Positions 18,441 through 29,629 of a stretch of 64,000 bases of DNA are shown here, in pieces. A program made the position numbers and the translations under genes. Location: assembly GCF_029227855.1 (NCBI RefSeq), contig NZ_CP074356.1, one strand, 5' to 3'. The notes under the pieces were generated by a model. It ran no database searches and had not been told where the DNA came from. It saw nothing but the letters and a program-made list of their open reading frames with translations. The DNA is from Escherichia coli. GTDB taxonomy: Bacteria; Pseudomonadota; Gammaproteobacteria; Enterobacterales; Enterobacteriaceae. Within the stretch, counting starts at the first letter, position 1, and the number at the start of each line of letters is the position of its first letter.

Positions 18441-18749
18441 TTACGCTGCGGGTTGTGCAGCAGGTTTTGCCGGTTGCTGATGGCTGTGTTTCTTGGCGTG
18501 TTTCTTCGCTGCCTGCGCTTTTTGTTCAGGAGCTTTCTGTTCAGCTTTGGCATTTTTATGATGCTTTTTAGCCGCCTGCGCTTTCTGGGCAGGTGCTGCT
18601 TTATGCTGTTTTTTATGATGTGTGGTTTTCGCCGGCGCTGCTTTGGTGGTCGTCGCAGTCGGAGCAGGTGTGGTCGCAGTCTCTGCAGCAAAGGCAGCAG
18701 AAGACAGACCCATAGCAGCGGCAACAACCAGAGCTAATACTTTTTTCAT
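18441..18749 (-). CDS. asr: acid shock protein Asr (102 aa)
   Basis: ORF 18441..18776 (-); start at ATG 18747-18749 ([21 protein letters not shown]); Ala/Lys/Gln/His-rich low-complexity mature region. Confidence 0.9.
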   Translation of the reverse strand: MKKVLALVVAAAMGLSSAAFAAETATTPAPTATTTKAAPAKTTHHKKQHKAAPAQKAQAAKKHHKNAKAEQKAPEQKAQAAKKHAKKHSHQQPAKPAAQPAA

Positions 18750-19172
18750 TGTCATACCCTCAATTTGTTTTTTCATTTAACCCCACTGCGGGGCCGTTGA
18801 AATAACTATATCCCTGGGAATGGCAGACTTCCGTGAGTGGTTGGTTTCAGCGTGTAACGATATGTACAAACGCTGAATAAATTACAGCGTTGATAATAAC
18901 GTATTGTGACTTAAGGGAAATTTAGCTACCAATAATAGTAGTCTTGATCGGGTTAACTATTTTACTACTTACAAAGCGGTAGAATAACTGCGCATCAGTA
19001 ATAAATGACACACAGCAAAATGAATCCGTTTATTTGGGTACTTATAATCCTGATGACACTAGATGCGCTGCGGGAATTGGCTGGCGCTTCGTCTATTTTA
19101 GGATGGCTATTAACGTTGGTTTGAGCAGACAATAAGTCCGGATGGGTATTTACCGCAGTCCGGACTTATTTT

Positions 19173-20426
19173 TCAGGCGTGCAGACGACGATGCAAACGC
19201 GTCCCGACCAGCAGAGCAATGACCAGCATCAGAGCAATAAATGCGCCGACGCCGTTCCAGCCATAGTTATGCCAGAAAACACCACCCAGCGTCCCGGCAA
19301 TACTCGACCCCAGATAGTAACTGAACAGATACAGCGAGGAGGCCTGGCCTTTAGCGCGTTTTGCTCGGGGGCCGATCCAGCTGCTGGCTACTGAGTGGGC
19401 TGCGAAGAATCCGGCTGAGAAGAGTAACATTCCGGCAAAGATCAGCCACAGCGAGCTAAATAAGGTCATCAGTAAACCAAACAGCATAACCCCCGTCGAA
19501 AACAACATCACCGGACCGCGCCCATAGCGGGTGGTCATGGTTCCGGCTTTGGGTGAGCTCCATGTACCGGTCAAATAGGCCAGCGATAATAAGCCAACCA
19601 CAGCCTGACTGACATGCCAGGGGGAGAGCATCAACCGATAGCCGATGTAATTAAACAGCGTGACGAACGACCCCATCAGCAAAAAGCCTTCTGCGAACAA
19701 TAACGGTAATCCCCGGTCACGCCAGTGCAGACGAAAGTTGATAAACAACGTCTTAGGTCGCAGCGAAGTCGGGCGAAAATGGCGTGATTCAGGGAGGATT
19801 TTCCAGAACATTAACGCCGAGGCCAGCGCGAAACAACCGATTGCCGCCAGCGCAATTCGCCAGTTGAAAAAGTCCGTGAAGACACCGCTAATTAAGCGTC
19901 CGCTCATGCCGCCAATTGAGTTGCCGCTGATATACAACCCCATCGAAAAGGCCACGAAACTGGGGTGGATTTCCTCACTAAGATAAGTCATGCCAACAGC
20001 TGCTACGCCACTTAACGAAAGCCCAATCAAGGCGCGCATAATCAAAATGCCGTGCCAGCTGGTCATCATTGTTGAAAGTAATGTGCAAATGGAGGCCAAC
20101 AGTAGCGCCGTTACCATCACTGGTTTGCGACCAATGGCATCGGATAGCGGGCCAGTAAACAGCAAACCGATAGCCAACATCGCCGTGGAAATGGACAGTG
20201 AAATACTACTGTTCGCGGGTGTTAAGCCAAACTCTTGTGAAAGCACCGGAAGGATAGGTTGCACACAATAGAGAAGTGCGAAGGTTGCCAGTCCGGCAGA
20301 GAACAGCGCCAGGGTGACGCGCATAAATTGCGGCGTACCGCGTTTAATAAATTGATTTGGCTGAGAAATGCTTTGCTTGTCAGTGTCGCTTGCCGGAGCG
20401 CCATCAACAGTTGTAGTACGGCTCAC
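19173..20426 (-). CDS. ynfM: MFS transporter YnfM (417 aa)
   Basis: ORF track 417 aa; 12-helix MFS pattern; GTG start at 20424-20426. Confidence 0.92.
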   Translation of the reverse strand: MSRTTTVDGAPASDTDKQSISQPNQFIKRGTPQFMRVTLALFSAGLATFALLYCVQPILPVLSQEFGLTPANSSISLSISTAMLAIGLLFTGPLSDAIGRKPVMVTALLLASICTLLSTMMTSWHGILIMRALIGLSLSGVAAVGMTYLSEEIHPSFVAFSMGLYISGNSIGGMSGRLISGVFTDFFNWRIALAAIGCFALASALMFWKILPESRHFRPTSLRPKTLFINFRLHWRDRGLPLLFAEGFLLMGSFVTLFNYIGYRLMLSPWHVSQAVVGLLSLAYLTGTWSSPKAGTMTTRYGRGPVMLFSTGVMLFGLLMTLFSSLWLIFAGMLLFSAGFFAAHSVASSWIGPRAKRAKGQASSLYLFSYYLGSSIAGTLGGVFWHNYGWNGVGAFIALMLVIALLVGTRLHRRLHA

Positions 20427-20532
20427 TTGAAATCCTTGCTAAATATGCCTGTGGATCAGGCTTATGAATAGATTAGGAAAATGGAATTGTTCTGTCTAAT
20501 ATATTAATAATCTCAAATAAGATGTTTTAAAT

Positions 20533-21426
20533 ATGAATATTGAACTTCGTCATCTGCGTTACTTTGTTGCTGTTGCAGAAGAGCTGCATTTCGGGCGCGC
20601 CGCTGCCCGCCTGAATATTTCGCAACCGCCGCTAAGTCAGCAGATTCAGGCGCTGGAGCAACAAATTGGTGCCCGACTGCTGGCACGAACCAATCGCAGT
20701 GTATTGCTGACGGCAGCAGGAAAACAGTTTCTTGCAGATAGTCGGCAAATCCTGTCTATGGTGGATGACACTGCCGCTCGCGCTGAAAGACTGCATCAGG
20801 GTGAAGCGGGGGAGTTGCGTATTGGTTTTACTTCGTCCGCTCCTTTTATTCGGGCGGTGTCCGATACGTTATCGCTGTTTCGCCGTGATTATCCTGATGT
20901 CCATTTACAAACCCGCGAAATGAACACTCGCGAGCAAATCGCTCCGCTCATTGAAGGAACGCTGGATATGGGATTGCTGCGTAACACAGCGTTACCGGAG
21001 ACGCTTGAACACGCAGTCATCGTCCATGAACCGCTTATGGCGATGATCCCGCACGATCATCCCTTGGCAAATAACCCGAGTGTAACGCTGGCTGAACTGG
21101 CGAAAGAACCCTTTGTCTTTTTTGATCCGCACGTAGGGACAGGGCTGTATGACGATATTCTCGGGCTGATGCGACGTTACAATTTGACGCCCGTCATCAC
21201 TCAGGAGGTGGGTGAGGCAATGACCATCATCGGTCTGGTTTCCGCTGGTCTGGGTGTTTCAATTTTGCCTGCGTCATTTAAACGTGTTCAGCTCAACGAA
21301 ATGCGCTGGGTGCCGATTGCTGAAGAGGATGCGGTTTCTGAAATGTGGTTGGTCTGGCCGAAACATCATGAACAAAGTCCGGCTGCGCGTAACTTTCGTA
21401 TTCATCTGCTGAATGCTCTCAGGTGA
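20533..21426 (+). CDS. ynfL: LysR-family transcriptional regulator (297 aa)
   Basis: ORF track 297 aa; N-terminal HTH LRHLRYFVAVAEELHFGRAAARLNISQPPLSQQI; divergent from ynfM. Confidence 0.92.
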   Translation: MNIELRHLRYFVAVAEELHFGRAAARLNISQPPLSQQIQALEQQIGARLLARTNRSVLLTAAGKQFLADSRQILSMVDDTAARAERLHQGEAGELRIGFTSSAPFIRAVSDTLSLFRRDYPDVHLQTREMNTREQIAPLIEGTLDMGLLRNTALPETLEHAVIVHEPLMAMIPHDHPLANNPSVTLAELAKEPFVFFDPHVGTGLYDDILGLMRRYNLTPVITQEVGEAMTIIGLVSAGLGVSILPASFKRVQLNEMRWVPIAEEDAVSEMWLVWPKHHEQSPAARNFRIHLLNALR

Positions 21427-21560
21427 GGGAAATTTCAGCGAAAAAGCCCGAAAAATGTGCTGTTAATCACATGCCTAAGTAAAAATTTGACGACACGTAT
21501 TGAAGTGCTTCACCATAGCCTACAGATTATTTCGGAGCGCGAAAATATAGGGAGTATGCG

Positions 21561-22781
21561 GTGGTTGCTGAAAATCAGCCTGGGCACATTGATCAAATAA
21601 AGCAGACCAACGCGGGCGCGGTTTATCGCCTGATTGATCAGCTTGGTCCAGTCTCGCGTATCGATCTTTCCCGTCTGGCGCAGCTGGCTCCTGCCAGTAT
21701 CACTAAAATTGTCCGTGAGATGCTCGAAGCACACCTGGTGCAAGAGCTGGAAATCAAAGAAGCGGGGAACCGTGGCCGTCCGGCAGTGGGGCTGGTGGTT
21801 GAAACTGAAGCCTGGCACTATCTTTCTCTGCGCATTAGTCGCGGGGAGATTTTCCTTGCTCTGCGCGATCTGAGCAGCAAACTGGTGGTGGAGGAGTCGC
21901 AGGAACTGGCGTTAAAAGATGACTCGCCATTGTTGGATCGTATCATTTCCCATATCGATCAGTTTTTTATCCGCCATCAGAAAAAACTTGAGCGTCTGAC
22001 TTCGATTGCCATTACCTTGCCGGGAATTATTGATACGGAAAATGGTATTGTACATCGCATGCCGTTCTACGAGGATGTAAAAGAGATGCCGCTCGGAGAG
22101 GCGCTGGAGCAGCATACCGGCGTACCGGTTTATATTCAGCATGATATCAGCGCATGGACGATGGCTGAGGCCTTGTTTGGTGCCTCACGCGGGGCGCGCG
22201 ATGTGATTCAGGTGGTTATCGATCACAACGTGGGGGCGGGCGTCATTACCGATGGTCATCTGCTACACGCAGGCAGCAGTAGCCTCGTGGAAATAGGTCA
22301 CACGCAGGTCGACCCGTATGGGAAACGCTGTTATTGCGGGAATCACGGCTGCCTCGAAACCATCGCCAGTGTGGACAGTATTCTTGAGCTGGCACAGCTG
22401 CGTCTCAATCAATCCATGAGCTCGATGTTACATGGACAGCCGTTAACCGTGGATTCATTGTGTCAGGCGGCATTGCGCGGCGATCTACTGGCAAAAGACA
22501 TCATTACCGGGGTGGGCGCGCATGTAGGGCGCATTCTTGCCATCATGGTGAATTTATTTAACCCACAAAAAATACTGATTGGCTCACCGTTAAGTAAAGC
22601 GGCAGATATCCTCTTCCCGGTCATCTCGGACAGCATCCGTCAGCAGGCCCTTCCTGCGTATAGTCAGCACATTAGCGTTGAGAGTACTCAGTTTTCTAAC
22701 CAGGGTACGATGGCAGGGGCTGCGCTGGTAAAAGACGCGATGTATAACGGTTCTTTGTTGATTCGTCTGTTGCAGGGTTAA
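21561..22781 (+). CDS. mlc: ROK-family global repressor Mlc (DgsA), 406 aa
   Basis: ORF track 406 aa, GTG start; ROK zinc motif CYCGNHGC. Confidence 0.94.
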   Translation: MVAENQPGHIDQIKQTNAGAVYRLIDQLGPVSRIDLSRLAQLAPASITKIVREMLEAHLVQELEIKEAGNRGRPAVGLVVETEAWHYLSLRISRGEIFLALRDLSSKLVVEESQELALKDDSPLLDRIISHIDQFFIRHQKKLERLTSIAITLPGIIDTENGIVHRMPFYEDVKEMPLGEALEQHTGVPVYIQHDISAWTMAEALFGASRGARDVIQVVIDHNVGAGVITDGHLLHAGSSSLVEIGHTQVDPYGKRCYCGNHGCLETIASVDSILELAQLRLNQSMSSMLHGQPLTVDSLCQAALRGDLLAKDIITGVGAHVGRILAIMVNLFNPQKILIGSPLSKAADILFPVISDSIRQQALPAYSQHISVESTQFSNQGTMAGAALVKDAMYNGSLLIRLLQG

Positions 22782-22905
22782 CATTTTTTAACTGTTCTAC
22801 CAAAATTTGCGCTATCTCAATTTGGGCCAGGAAAGCATAACTTAGACTTTCAAGGTTAATTATTTTCCTGGTTTATATTTGTGAAGCATAACGGTGGAGT
22901 TAGTG

Positions 22906-23601
22906 ATGCTGAAGCGTTTCTTTATTACCGGTACAGACACTTCTGTAGGGAAAACGGTGGTTTCCCGCGCATTGCTACAAGCGTTAGCCTCCCAGGGAAA
23001 AACGGTTGCGGGATATAAACCCGTAGCGAAGGGGAGCAAAGAGACACCCGAAGGGCTGCGTAATAAAGATGCCCTGGTGTTGCAGAGTGTTTCAACCATC
23101 GAACTGCCTTATGAAGCAGTTAATCCTATCGCGTTAAGCGAAGAAGAAAGTAGCGTGGCGCACAGTTGCCCAATCAATTACACCCTCATTTCAAACGGCC
23201 TGGCAAACCTGACCGATAAAGTCGATCATGTGGTGGTAGAAGGGACTGGCGGCTGGCGCAGTCTGATGAATGATTTGCGTCCGCTCTCTGAATGGGTGGT
23301 GCAGGAACAACTGCCGGTGTTGATGGTTGTCGGTATTCAGGAAGGTTGCATTAACCATGCACTGCTAACAGCTCAGGCGATCGCCAACGACGGGCTACCG
23401 CTCATTGGCTGGGTGGCTAACCGAATCAATCCAGGACTGGCGCATTATGCGGAAATCATTGATGTGCTCGGTAAAAAACTTCCGGCACCGCTCATTGGTG
23501 AACTGCCTTATCTGCCGCGCGCCGAACAGCGTGAACTGGGGCAATACATCCGCTTAGCTATGCTTCGCAGTGTGCTGGCGGTAGATAGAGTCACGGTGTA
23601 A
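22906..23601 (+). CDS. ynfK: dethiobiotin synthetase paralogue (231 aa)
   Basis: ORF 22894..23601; ATG at 22906; P-loop GTDTSVGKT; 3' end overlaps convergent clcB. Confidence 0.9.
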   Translation: MLKRFFITGTDTSVGKTVVSRALLQALASQGKTVAGYKPVAKGSKETPEGLRNKDALVLQSVSTIELPYEAVNPIALSEEESSVAHSCPINYTLISNGLANLTDKVDHVVVEGTGGWRSLMNDLRPLSEWVVQEQLPVLMVVGIQEGCINHALLTAQAIANDGLPLIGWVANRINPGLAHYAEIIDVLGKKLPAPLIGELPYLPRAEQRELGQYIRLAMLRSVLAVDRVTV

Positions 23602-24810
23602 CGTCCGCGAAATTACCGACGCAATTACGCAGGCAATCAATAAACCGGGGAGTAGCTGATACTCCCCGGTCATTTCACATATCATCAACGTCGACATAAT
23701 CGGCGCGTGCGTGGTTGCCGCCAACAGTGTCGCCATCCCGGTCAATCCGAGTAAAAGCGTAATTTCTTCGCCATCAGGGAACCATAATCCCAGGCTACGA
23801 CCATACAACATGCCAATGGCAAGACCGATAAATAGCGTCGGTGTAAAGACACCACCGGGCGCGCCAGAACCACTACTCGCCAGCACGGCAAACAGTTTAC
23901 AGAGGAAGATCCCGGCAATGATCATTAACAGTGGCGGGGCGGTTAAAAAGGATTGTACGGTGCTATAGCCGTTGCCCCACACTGCAGGTGTGAACAGGGA
24001 AAGCAGACCCACGATCAACCCGCCCAGTGCCAGTTGCCAGGGCGGCGCAAGTTTGAGACTCACAAATCCACGATGACAGGCGTTCATTAACGTTAACAAC
24101 AGTGGTCCGCACAGACCTGCCAGCACACCTGTACTGATAATCAGCGCATAGTCACGAGCCTGAACCGTCACTGAGAGTTGTACGCTGTAGAGTAACGCGT
24201 CGCTATGATTAATCAGATTGCTAACCAGCAACGCCACGACGGCGGAAATAATCACCGGGCCGAGAGAGGCCAACATCATAGTGCCAAACAGCACTTCGGC
24301 TATAAATAAACTGCCAGCAAGCGGGGCGCGATAGGCCGCAGCCATTCCCGCCGCAGCTCCACAGGCGATCCATAATTTCCATTCCTGGCGTGGCGTAAAA
24401 CGTTGGGCAAAACAGGAGGCGGCAAGGGCAGCTAAAAGAATCATCGCACCTTCGCGACCAATTGCACTGCCGCTGGTTACTACCAGCAGAGAGGCAAGCG
24501 ATTTAACCAGGCTTGCTGCGTAATCAAACTGCCCATCGGTTTGCAACGCTTCCATATAATCGGTCGGCGCATGAGGGCGTTGCTGGGTAAATTTCTGCCA
24601 GCCCATCAGCAACAAACCCGCCGCCAGTCCGCCGAGCGCCGGGGTTAGCAGCCGTCGCCAGGGGGAAAGGTTTGTCGCTGCATTGACCAGACTGCCGGAG
24701 TCATTATTGAGGAACAACCACTCCAGTAGCAGCATCGCATGACGAAACCCGGCAACGGCAAAGGCCGCGAGAATACCAACGACTGTTGCGATAAGCAGAC
24801 GGCGGAACAT
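23554..24810 (-). CDS. clcB: ClC-family voltage-gated chloride channel ClcB (418 aa)
   Basis: ORF 23554..24870 (-); start at ATG 24808-24810 ([12 protein letters not shown]...); polytopic. Confidence 0.92.
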   Translation of the reverse strand: MFRRLLIATVVGILAAFAVAGFRHAMLLLEWLFLNNDSGSLVNAATNLSPWRRLLTPALGGLAAGLLLMGWQKFTQQRPHAPTDYMEALQTDGQFDYAASLVKSLASLLVVTSGSAIGREGAMILLAALAASCFAQRFTPRQEWKLWIACGAAAGMAAAYRAPLAGSLFIAEVLFGTMMLASLGPVIISAVVALLVSNLINHSDALLYSVQLSVTVQARDYALIISTGVLAGLCGPLLLTLMNACHRGFVSLKLAPPWQLALGGLIVGLLSLFTPAVWGNGYSTVQSFLTAPPLLMIIAGIFLCKLFAVLASSGSGAPGGVFTPTLFIGLAIGMLYGRSLGLWFPDGEEITLLLGLTGMATLLAATTHAPIMSTLMICEMTGEYQLLPGLLIACVIASVISRTLHRDSIYRQHTAKHS

Positions 24811-25004
24811 AGTGCGCAGATCCGGATAGATGTGTAGATGATGCATGAGCAGAAATGGGCAATGAAACACGGGCGACTATTTTGCGGCAAAAGAGGCCAG
24901 CCGCAAAAGCAGTGCGTGCTTTAAGAGATAAAAAAACGTGACACTGTAACCTATTATTGCCGAATTGCGCGTAATCGTCACCATCCGGCAATAATAAGGT
25001 GATC

Positions 25005-25619
25005 CTATCGAAAGAGTGGTTTAACCGCGACAGGAATTAACAGTTGTGATTGCCATTGCGCCAGCGTTAAGCGAGCCAGTTCACCCAGTGCACGGTAGAA
25101 AGGGTGTTCTGCTTTTTCGATAAAAACGTCAAGAAAACGTGTTGACCACGGAAAAAGGTGCCATGCCAGCAATTCTTCGCATTCTGTCTGGCGACCATTC
25201 TCCGCCAACCACGCAGCCATCAAGAGCAGTGAACCAAAATGATCTTCCGGTTCGTTTTGCTTCATTTCAAACTGAATGCCTTTCTCGCGCATCCACTGAC
25301 GAAGTGCCAATGTTGAATCGCCAAACAGCACAGATTCGCGATCCAGCCAGACCGATCCCCACGGCGGAGACGGCAGTGCCCACGGGCCGACAAACAAACG
25401 CTGCCAGGCCTGGGCGCGAGTCTCTTCACTCTGTGCCTGAAAAGCCGTCACCAGCGGCGCTAATGACGCTTCTGGTAGAGGCCACTGAGTTTCCCAGCCG
25501 TCACGGGTGAGTACCGCAACCATGGGGGCGGCTTCCGCACTCTCTGGAGCGTAATAAAACAGCGCGCCCAACACGCGCGCCGCGACAGAAAAATTATCTT
25601 GCTGTGAAAAATGGGTCAT
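25005..25619 (-). CDS. dmsD: Tat proofreading chaperone DmsD (204 aa)
   Basis: ORF 25005..25628 (-); start at MTHFSQQDNF...; TorD/DmsD family. Confidence 0.92.
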   Translation of the reverse strand: MTHFSQQDNFSVAARVLGALFYYAPESAEAAPMVAVLTRDGWETQWPLPEASLAPLVTAFQAQSEETRAQAWQRLFVGPWALPSPPWGSVWLDRESVLFGDSTLALRQWMREKGIQFEMKQNEPEDHFGSLLLMAAWLAENGRQTECEELLAWHLFPWSTRFLDVFIEKAEHPFYRALGELARLTLAQWQSQLLIPVAVKPLFR

Positions 25620-25661
25620 TCCTAACATCCTGAAATGTGCGGGTTGCCCCGCACCAATTTG

Positions 25662-26516
25662 TTAACCTGCAATAGCCATTCCTACCGTCATGTGCAGGCC
25701 ATAAAAGAGCACACGCCCGATCATCTCACCGCCAAGTATGAGGATTAGCCCCAGAACAAGTCCGGCAACGTGAGGTTCACGGCGACGAATGAGCGGACAA
25801 AGCCAGCATCCTAGACCTGCGCATAACAATACCACACGCCAGACCTGTAAGGAGGCGTAATCTGGTACCAGTGCGCTGGCTTGTTGTACGGATGAGTGAA
25901 TAGACGCCAGAGACAAACCTTGCAGCACAATCACCCCGGCACAAGCGATCAGCGCCAGAACGCTAATGATGGCAAAGGGTGTGGTATTAAATGTAATGCG
26001 GGCTGCCCGCAGAATTGTGGCAGCAAGTATTGGACCGCTCAACAATACTGTCAGGAAGAAAGCCAGCGTAGTGTAACCGTTATGCCAGGTTGGCACTGTG
26101 TCGATTTGATACACGCAGGTCATCATCCAGACGAAAATGACGCCGAGCGCCATGCTGACAAGTAACCAGAGTTTCCCCAACGCTTGCGGCATTTTACCGA
26201 TGACCGCCACCAGCCACCATAATCCGCCAACGGCAAAAAATATGGAGCCGGCAGCAATCTCGTTACTCAGACCAGAAGCTCCGATTCGATTCAGCGAGTT
26301 AAACGCCCGCAGTGGGGATCCCAGGTGCATGACAGAGGCAATAAACCCGATGCCCATCAACAGCCAGAGGAAAAACATGCCACGAACAATGTGCTGACGG
26401 TCTGCGTCATTTTTGGCGGCGAACCAGCCAATTCCGCTAACAATCAGCGCGCCTACTACGCATTGACCCAATACGGTAAAGATAACCAGTGGCCATTCAT
26501 GCCATCCATTTCCCAT
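25662..26516 (-). CDS. ynfH: DmsC-type membrane anchor subunit of the YnfEFGH oxidoreductase (284 aa)
   Basis: ORF 25662..26756 (-); start at ATG 26514-26516 (MGNGWHEWPLVIFTV...), directly after the ynfG stop. Confidence 0.92.
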   Translation of the reverse strand: MGNGWHEWPLVIFTVLGQCVVGALIVSGIGWFAAKNDADRQHIVRGMFFLWLLMGIGFIASVMHLGSPLRAFNSLNRIGASGLSNEIAAGSIFFAVGGLWWLVAVIGKMPQALGKLWLLVSMALGVIFVWMMTCVYQIDTVPTWHNGYTTLAFFLTVLLSGPILAATILRAARITFNTTPFAIISVLALIACAGVIVLQGLSLASIHSSVQQASALVPDYASLQVWRVVLLCAGLGCWLCPLIRRREPHVAGLVLGLILILGGEMIGRVLFYGLHMTVGMAIAG

Positions 26517-26517
26517 T

Positions 26518-27135
26518 TTACACTTCCTCCGGATTAGCCAGATAACCAGTGGTATCGCCGGTTGAGCGGCTGTTGGCGTTAGGTTTGATAACAATATTGG
26601 GTTTTGTGAAATGCGCGCGCGGCAGTGGCGCGACGGCAGCCAGAGTGCCGTGCTTCTGGCGCAGCTTTTCAATTGGACCGAACTCAAGTGCACGCAGCGG
26701 GCAGGATTCGACACATATGGGTTGTTTCCCCTCGGCGACGCGCGAATAACAACCATCGCACTTCGTCATGTGCCCTTTTTCAGCATTGTACTGTGGCGCG
26801 CCGTACGGACAAGCCATGTGGCAGTAGCGGCAGCCGATACAAACATCTTCATCAACCACCACAAAGCCATCTTCACGCTTATGCATTGCGCCGCTGGGGC
26901 AGACTTTTGTACATGCGGGGTCATCGCAATGGTTACAGGAGATGGAGAGATAATAAGCGAACACGTTCTGGTGCCAGACGCCATTATCTTCCTGCCAGTC
27001 GCCGCCAGCATATTCATAAATACGGCGGAAACTGACTTCCGGGCCAAGATCTTTAAAATCTTTGCACGCCAGTTCGCAGGTTTTACAGCCAGTACAGCGG
27101 CTGGAATCGATAAAAAATCCATATTGTGTGGTCAT
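26518..27135 (-). CDS. ynfG: 4Fe-4S ferredoxin-type electron-transfer subunit, DmsB-like (205 aa)
   Basis: ORF track 205 aa; four CxxCxxCxxxCP clusters. Confidence 0.95.
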   Translation of the reverse strand: MTTQYGFFIDSSRCTGCKTCELACKDFKDLGPEVSFRRIYEYAGGDWQEDNGVWHQNVFAYYLSISCNHCDDPACTKVCPSGAMHKREDGFVVVDEDVCIGCRYCHMACPYGAPQYNAEKGHMTKCDGCYSRVAEGKQPICVESCPLRALEFGPIEKLRQKHGTLAAVAPLPRAHFTKPNIVIKPNANSRSTGDTTGYLANPEEV

Positions 27136-27145
27136 GGGCTACTCC

Positions 27146-29572
27146 TTAAACCTTTTCGATCTGGACAAGATTGCTGTGCGACGGGTTTCCCTTTGCCAGC
27201 GGTGAAGGGCGGTGAGAGGTCAGAATATTGATACTGCCGCCGTGATCGACCCGGTCACCAAACATATCCGCTTTAAGCCACGCACCTTGCCCGATGGCGG
27301 TAACGCCAGGCAGAATACGCGGAGTCACTTTTGCGGCAATCAGCATTTCTCCATTATTGTTAAATACCCGCACGGTATCGCCATGACGGATACCGCGTGC
27401 CTGAGCATCAATAGGGTTGATCCACACCTCTTGTGGGCAGGCCTGCTGTAACACATCAATATTGCCGTAGCTGGAGTGGGTACGCGCTTTGTAGTGGAAG
27501 CCCGTTAGCTGCAGTGGATAGGTTTTCCGCAGGGGATCGTCCCAGCCATCAAAACCTGGCGTATACGCAGGAAGGGGATGAATAATTTCATCTTTTTTCA
27601 ATTCCCAGGTATCCGCAATCGTCGCCAGTCGTTCAGAATAAATTTCGATTTTCCCCGAAGGTGTTTTCAACGGGTTTGCCTGTGGATCTTCACGGAATGC
27701 GCGGAAAGCGACGTAGTGTTCTTCCGGGCATTTTTTCTTAAAGATCCCGGTCGTTTTCATCTCCTCGTAGTCGGGCATCTCAGGGTTACGTTCCTTCGTT
27801 TTCGCATGGAGATATTTGATCCATTCGTGCTGACTGCGACCTTCAGTAAAGGTTTGATAAACGTCTGGTCCTAAGCGTTTGGCAACTTCACTCAGAATCC
27901 AGTAGATGGGTTTGCGTTCAAATTTTGCTGAGGTTGCGGGTTGGGCGAGGATCACATAGCCCATATTCCCGGCAGATTCATGAGAGATAAGGTCTTCTTG
28001 CTCTGTTGGCATCAGGTCGGGCAACAGGATATCGCAATACTTAGCCGAGGCAGTCATGAAGTGGTCAATGCCAACAATCATCTCGCACTTGCTGTCATCC
28101 TGAAGCACCTCATGGGTGTGATTGATGTCGCCATGTTGATTGATCAATGTGTTACTGGCGTAGCACCATAAAAACTTGATGGGGACATCCAGTTTTTCTT
28201 TTCCACGAACACCATCACGGGTCGCGGTCATTTCCGTACCGTGGTCGATGGCATCTGTCCATGTAAAGACGGAAATCTGCGTTTTAACAGGATTCTCAAG
28301 CATCGGGAACCATTCTACCCCCAGATCCCAGCTACCTTCGCGTACACCTGAGTTGCCGCCGTTTATGCCGACGTTACCGGTGAGAACGGAAAGCATGGCA
28401 ATAGCGCGGGACGTTTGTTCGCCGTTGGAGTGTCGTTGTGGCCCCCAACCCTGACAAATATAAGCAGGTTTTGCTGAACCGATCTCTCGTGCCAACTGGA
28501 TAATTTTTTCTGCCGGGATGCTGGTGATTTTTGCTGCCCATTCCGGCGTTTTAGCTATGCCGTCAGGCCCTTCGCCCAGAATATAGGCTTTATAATGCGC
28601 GTTACGTGGTGCGTTGGCGGGCAGCGTTTTTTCATCGTAACCAACACAATATTTGTCGAGAAATGGCTGATCGACCATGTTCTCAGTAATCAGTACCCAG
28701 GCAATCGCACAGGCCAGTGCGCCATCGGTGCCTGGGCGAATTGGCAGCCATTCATCTTCACGCCCGGCAGCAGTGTCGTTATAACGTGGATCGATGACGA
28801 TCATGCGTGCGTTTGAACGTTCGCGGGCTTGCTCGACGTAGTAAGTGACACCACCGCCGCTCATCCGCGTTTCTGCCGGGTTATTTCCGAACATAACGAC
28901 CAGTTTCGTATTGGCGATATCATCCGGGCTGTTGCCATCATTGGCACCGAACATATAACTCATCGCGGCACTGATCTGTGCGGTACTGTAGCTACCATAG
29001 CGACTGAGAAAACCACCGCAAGAGTTCATCAGACGGTACGGGACGTTTGAGTTGGTGATGTTTCCGCCATCTACGCCTGTTCCGTACAGGACATGTACAG
29101 CCTCATTGCCGTAATCTTTAAGGATCCGCCGAAGATTATCACTGATGGTATCCAGGGCTTCATCCCAACTTATCCGTTCAAATTTACCTTCACCGCGCTT
29201 GCCGACGCGCTTCATGGGATATTTCAACCTGTCAGGATGATTCATCCGTCGGCGGATAGAGCGCCCGCGTAAACATGCCCGAACCTGATGATTACCGTAA
29301 ACGTCGTCACCTGTCGTATCAGACTCCACCCAGTACACGGTGTCATCTTTCACATGCAAACGTAACAGACAGCGGCTCCCGCAGTTAACGGTGCAGGAAC
29401 TCCAGACCGCTTTCTCTCCTACCGGTGCCTCTGCCGCTCGGACCATTTGGGAAAATGGCAGAGTGAAAGCACTGCTTGCCAGCGCAAGACTGCCAAGTGC
29501 GGAGGTTTTCATCAGACTTCTACGGCTGATTTCAGCCTTCATGAGCGCCTCTGTGGTATGGATTTTCATCAT
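27146..29572 (-). CDS. ynfF: Tat-exported molybdopterin oxidoreductase catalytic subunit, DmsA paralogue (807-808 aa)
   Basis: ORF track 808 aa; twin-arginine signal SRRSLMKTSALGSLALA; alternative start one codon downstream (29569). Confidence 0.95.
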   Translation of the reverse strand: MMKIHTTEALMKAEISRRSLMKTSALGSLALASSAFTLPFSQMVRAAEAPVGEKAVWSSCTVNCGSRCLLRLHVKDDTVYWVESDTTGDDVYGNHQVRACLRGRSIRRRMNHPDRLKYPMKRVGKRGEGKFERISWDEALDTISDNLRRILKDYGNEAVHVLYGTGVDGGNITNSNVPYRLMNSCGGFLSRYGSYSTAQISAAMSYMFGANDGNSPDDIANTKLVVMFGNNPAETRMSGGGVTYYVEQARERSNARMIVIDPRYNDTAAGREDEWLPIRPGTDGALACAIAWVLITENMVDQPFLDKYCVGYDEKTLPANAPRNAHYKAYILGEGPDGIAKTPEWAAKITSIPAEKIIQLAREIGSAKPAYICQGWGPQRHSNGEQTSRAIAMLSVLTGNVGINGGNSGVREGSWDLGVEWFPMLENPVKTQISVFTWTDAIDHGTEMTATRDGVRGKEKLDVPIKFLWCYASNTLINQHGDINHTHEVLQDDSKCEMIVGIDHFMTASAKYCDILLPDLMPTEQEDLISHESAGNMGYVILAQPATSAKFERKPIYWILSEVAKRLGPDVYQTFTEGRSQHEWIKYLHAKTKERNPEMPDYEEMKTTGIFKKKCPEEHYVAFRAFREDPQANPLKTPSGKIEIYSERLATIADTWELKKDEIIHPLPAYTPGFDGWDDPLRKTYPLQLTGFHYKARTHSSYGNIDVLQQACPQEVWINPIDAQARGIRHGDTVRVFNNNGEMLIAAKVTPRILPGVTAIGQGAWLKADMFGDRVDHGGSINILTSHRPSPLAKGNPSHSNLVQIEKV

Positions 29573-29629
29573 TACTCACTTATTGCTTTTCAAACAAAAT
29601 GTCATGTCAGAATTTATGGTTGTTGTGGG

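Noticed and set aside
18350-18737. 125-aa (minus) and 94-aa (plus) ORFs overlapping asr
   Set aside because: Alternative frames of the low-complexity asr gene; the in-frame product with a signal peptide is the real one.
19135-19172. Inverted repeat aagtccgga...tccggactt followed by T-run next to the ynfM stop
   Set aside because: The T-run is on the plus strand whereas ynfM is on the minus strand, so it does not act as the ynfM terminator in this orientation; possibly a REP-like palindrome, not called.
26611-27231. 206-aa and 136-aa plus-strand ORFs
   Set aside because: Antisense to ynfG, whose four ferredoxin cysteine clusters make it unambiguous; GC-rich shadow frames.
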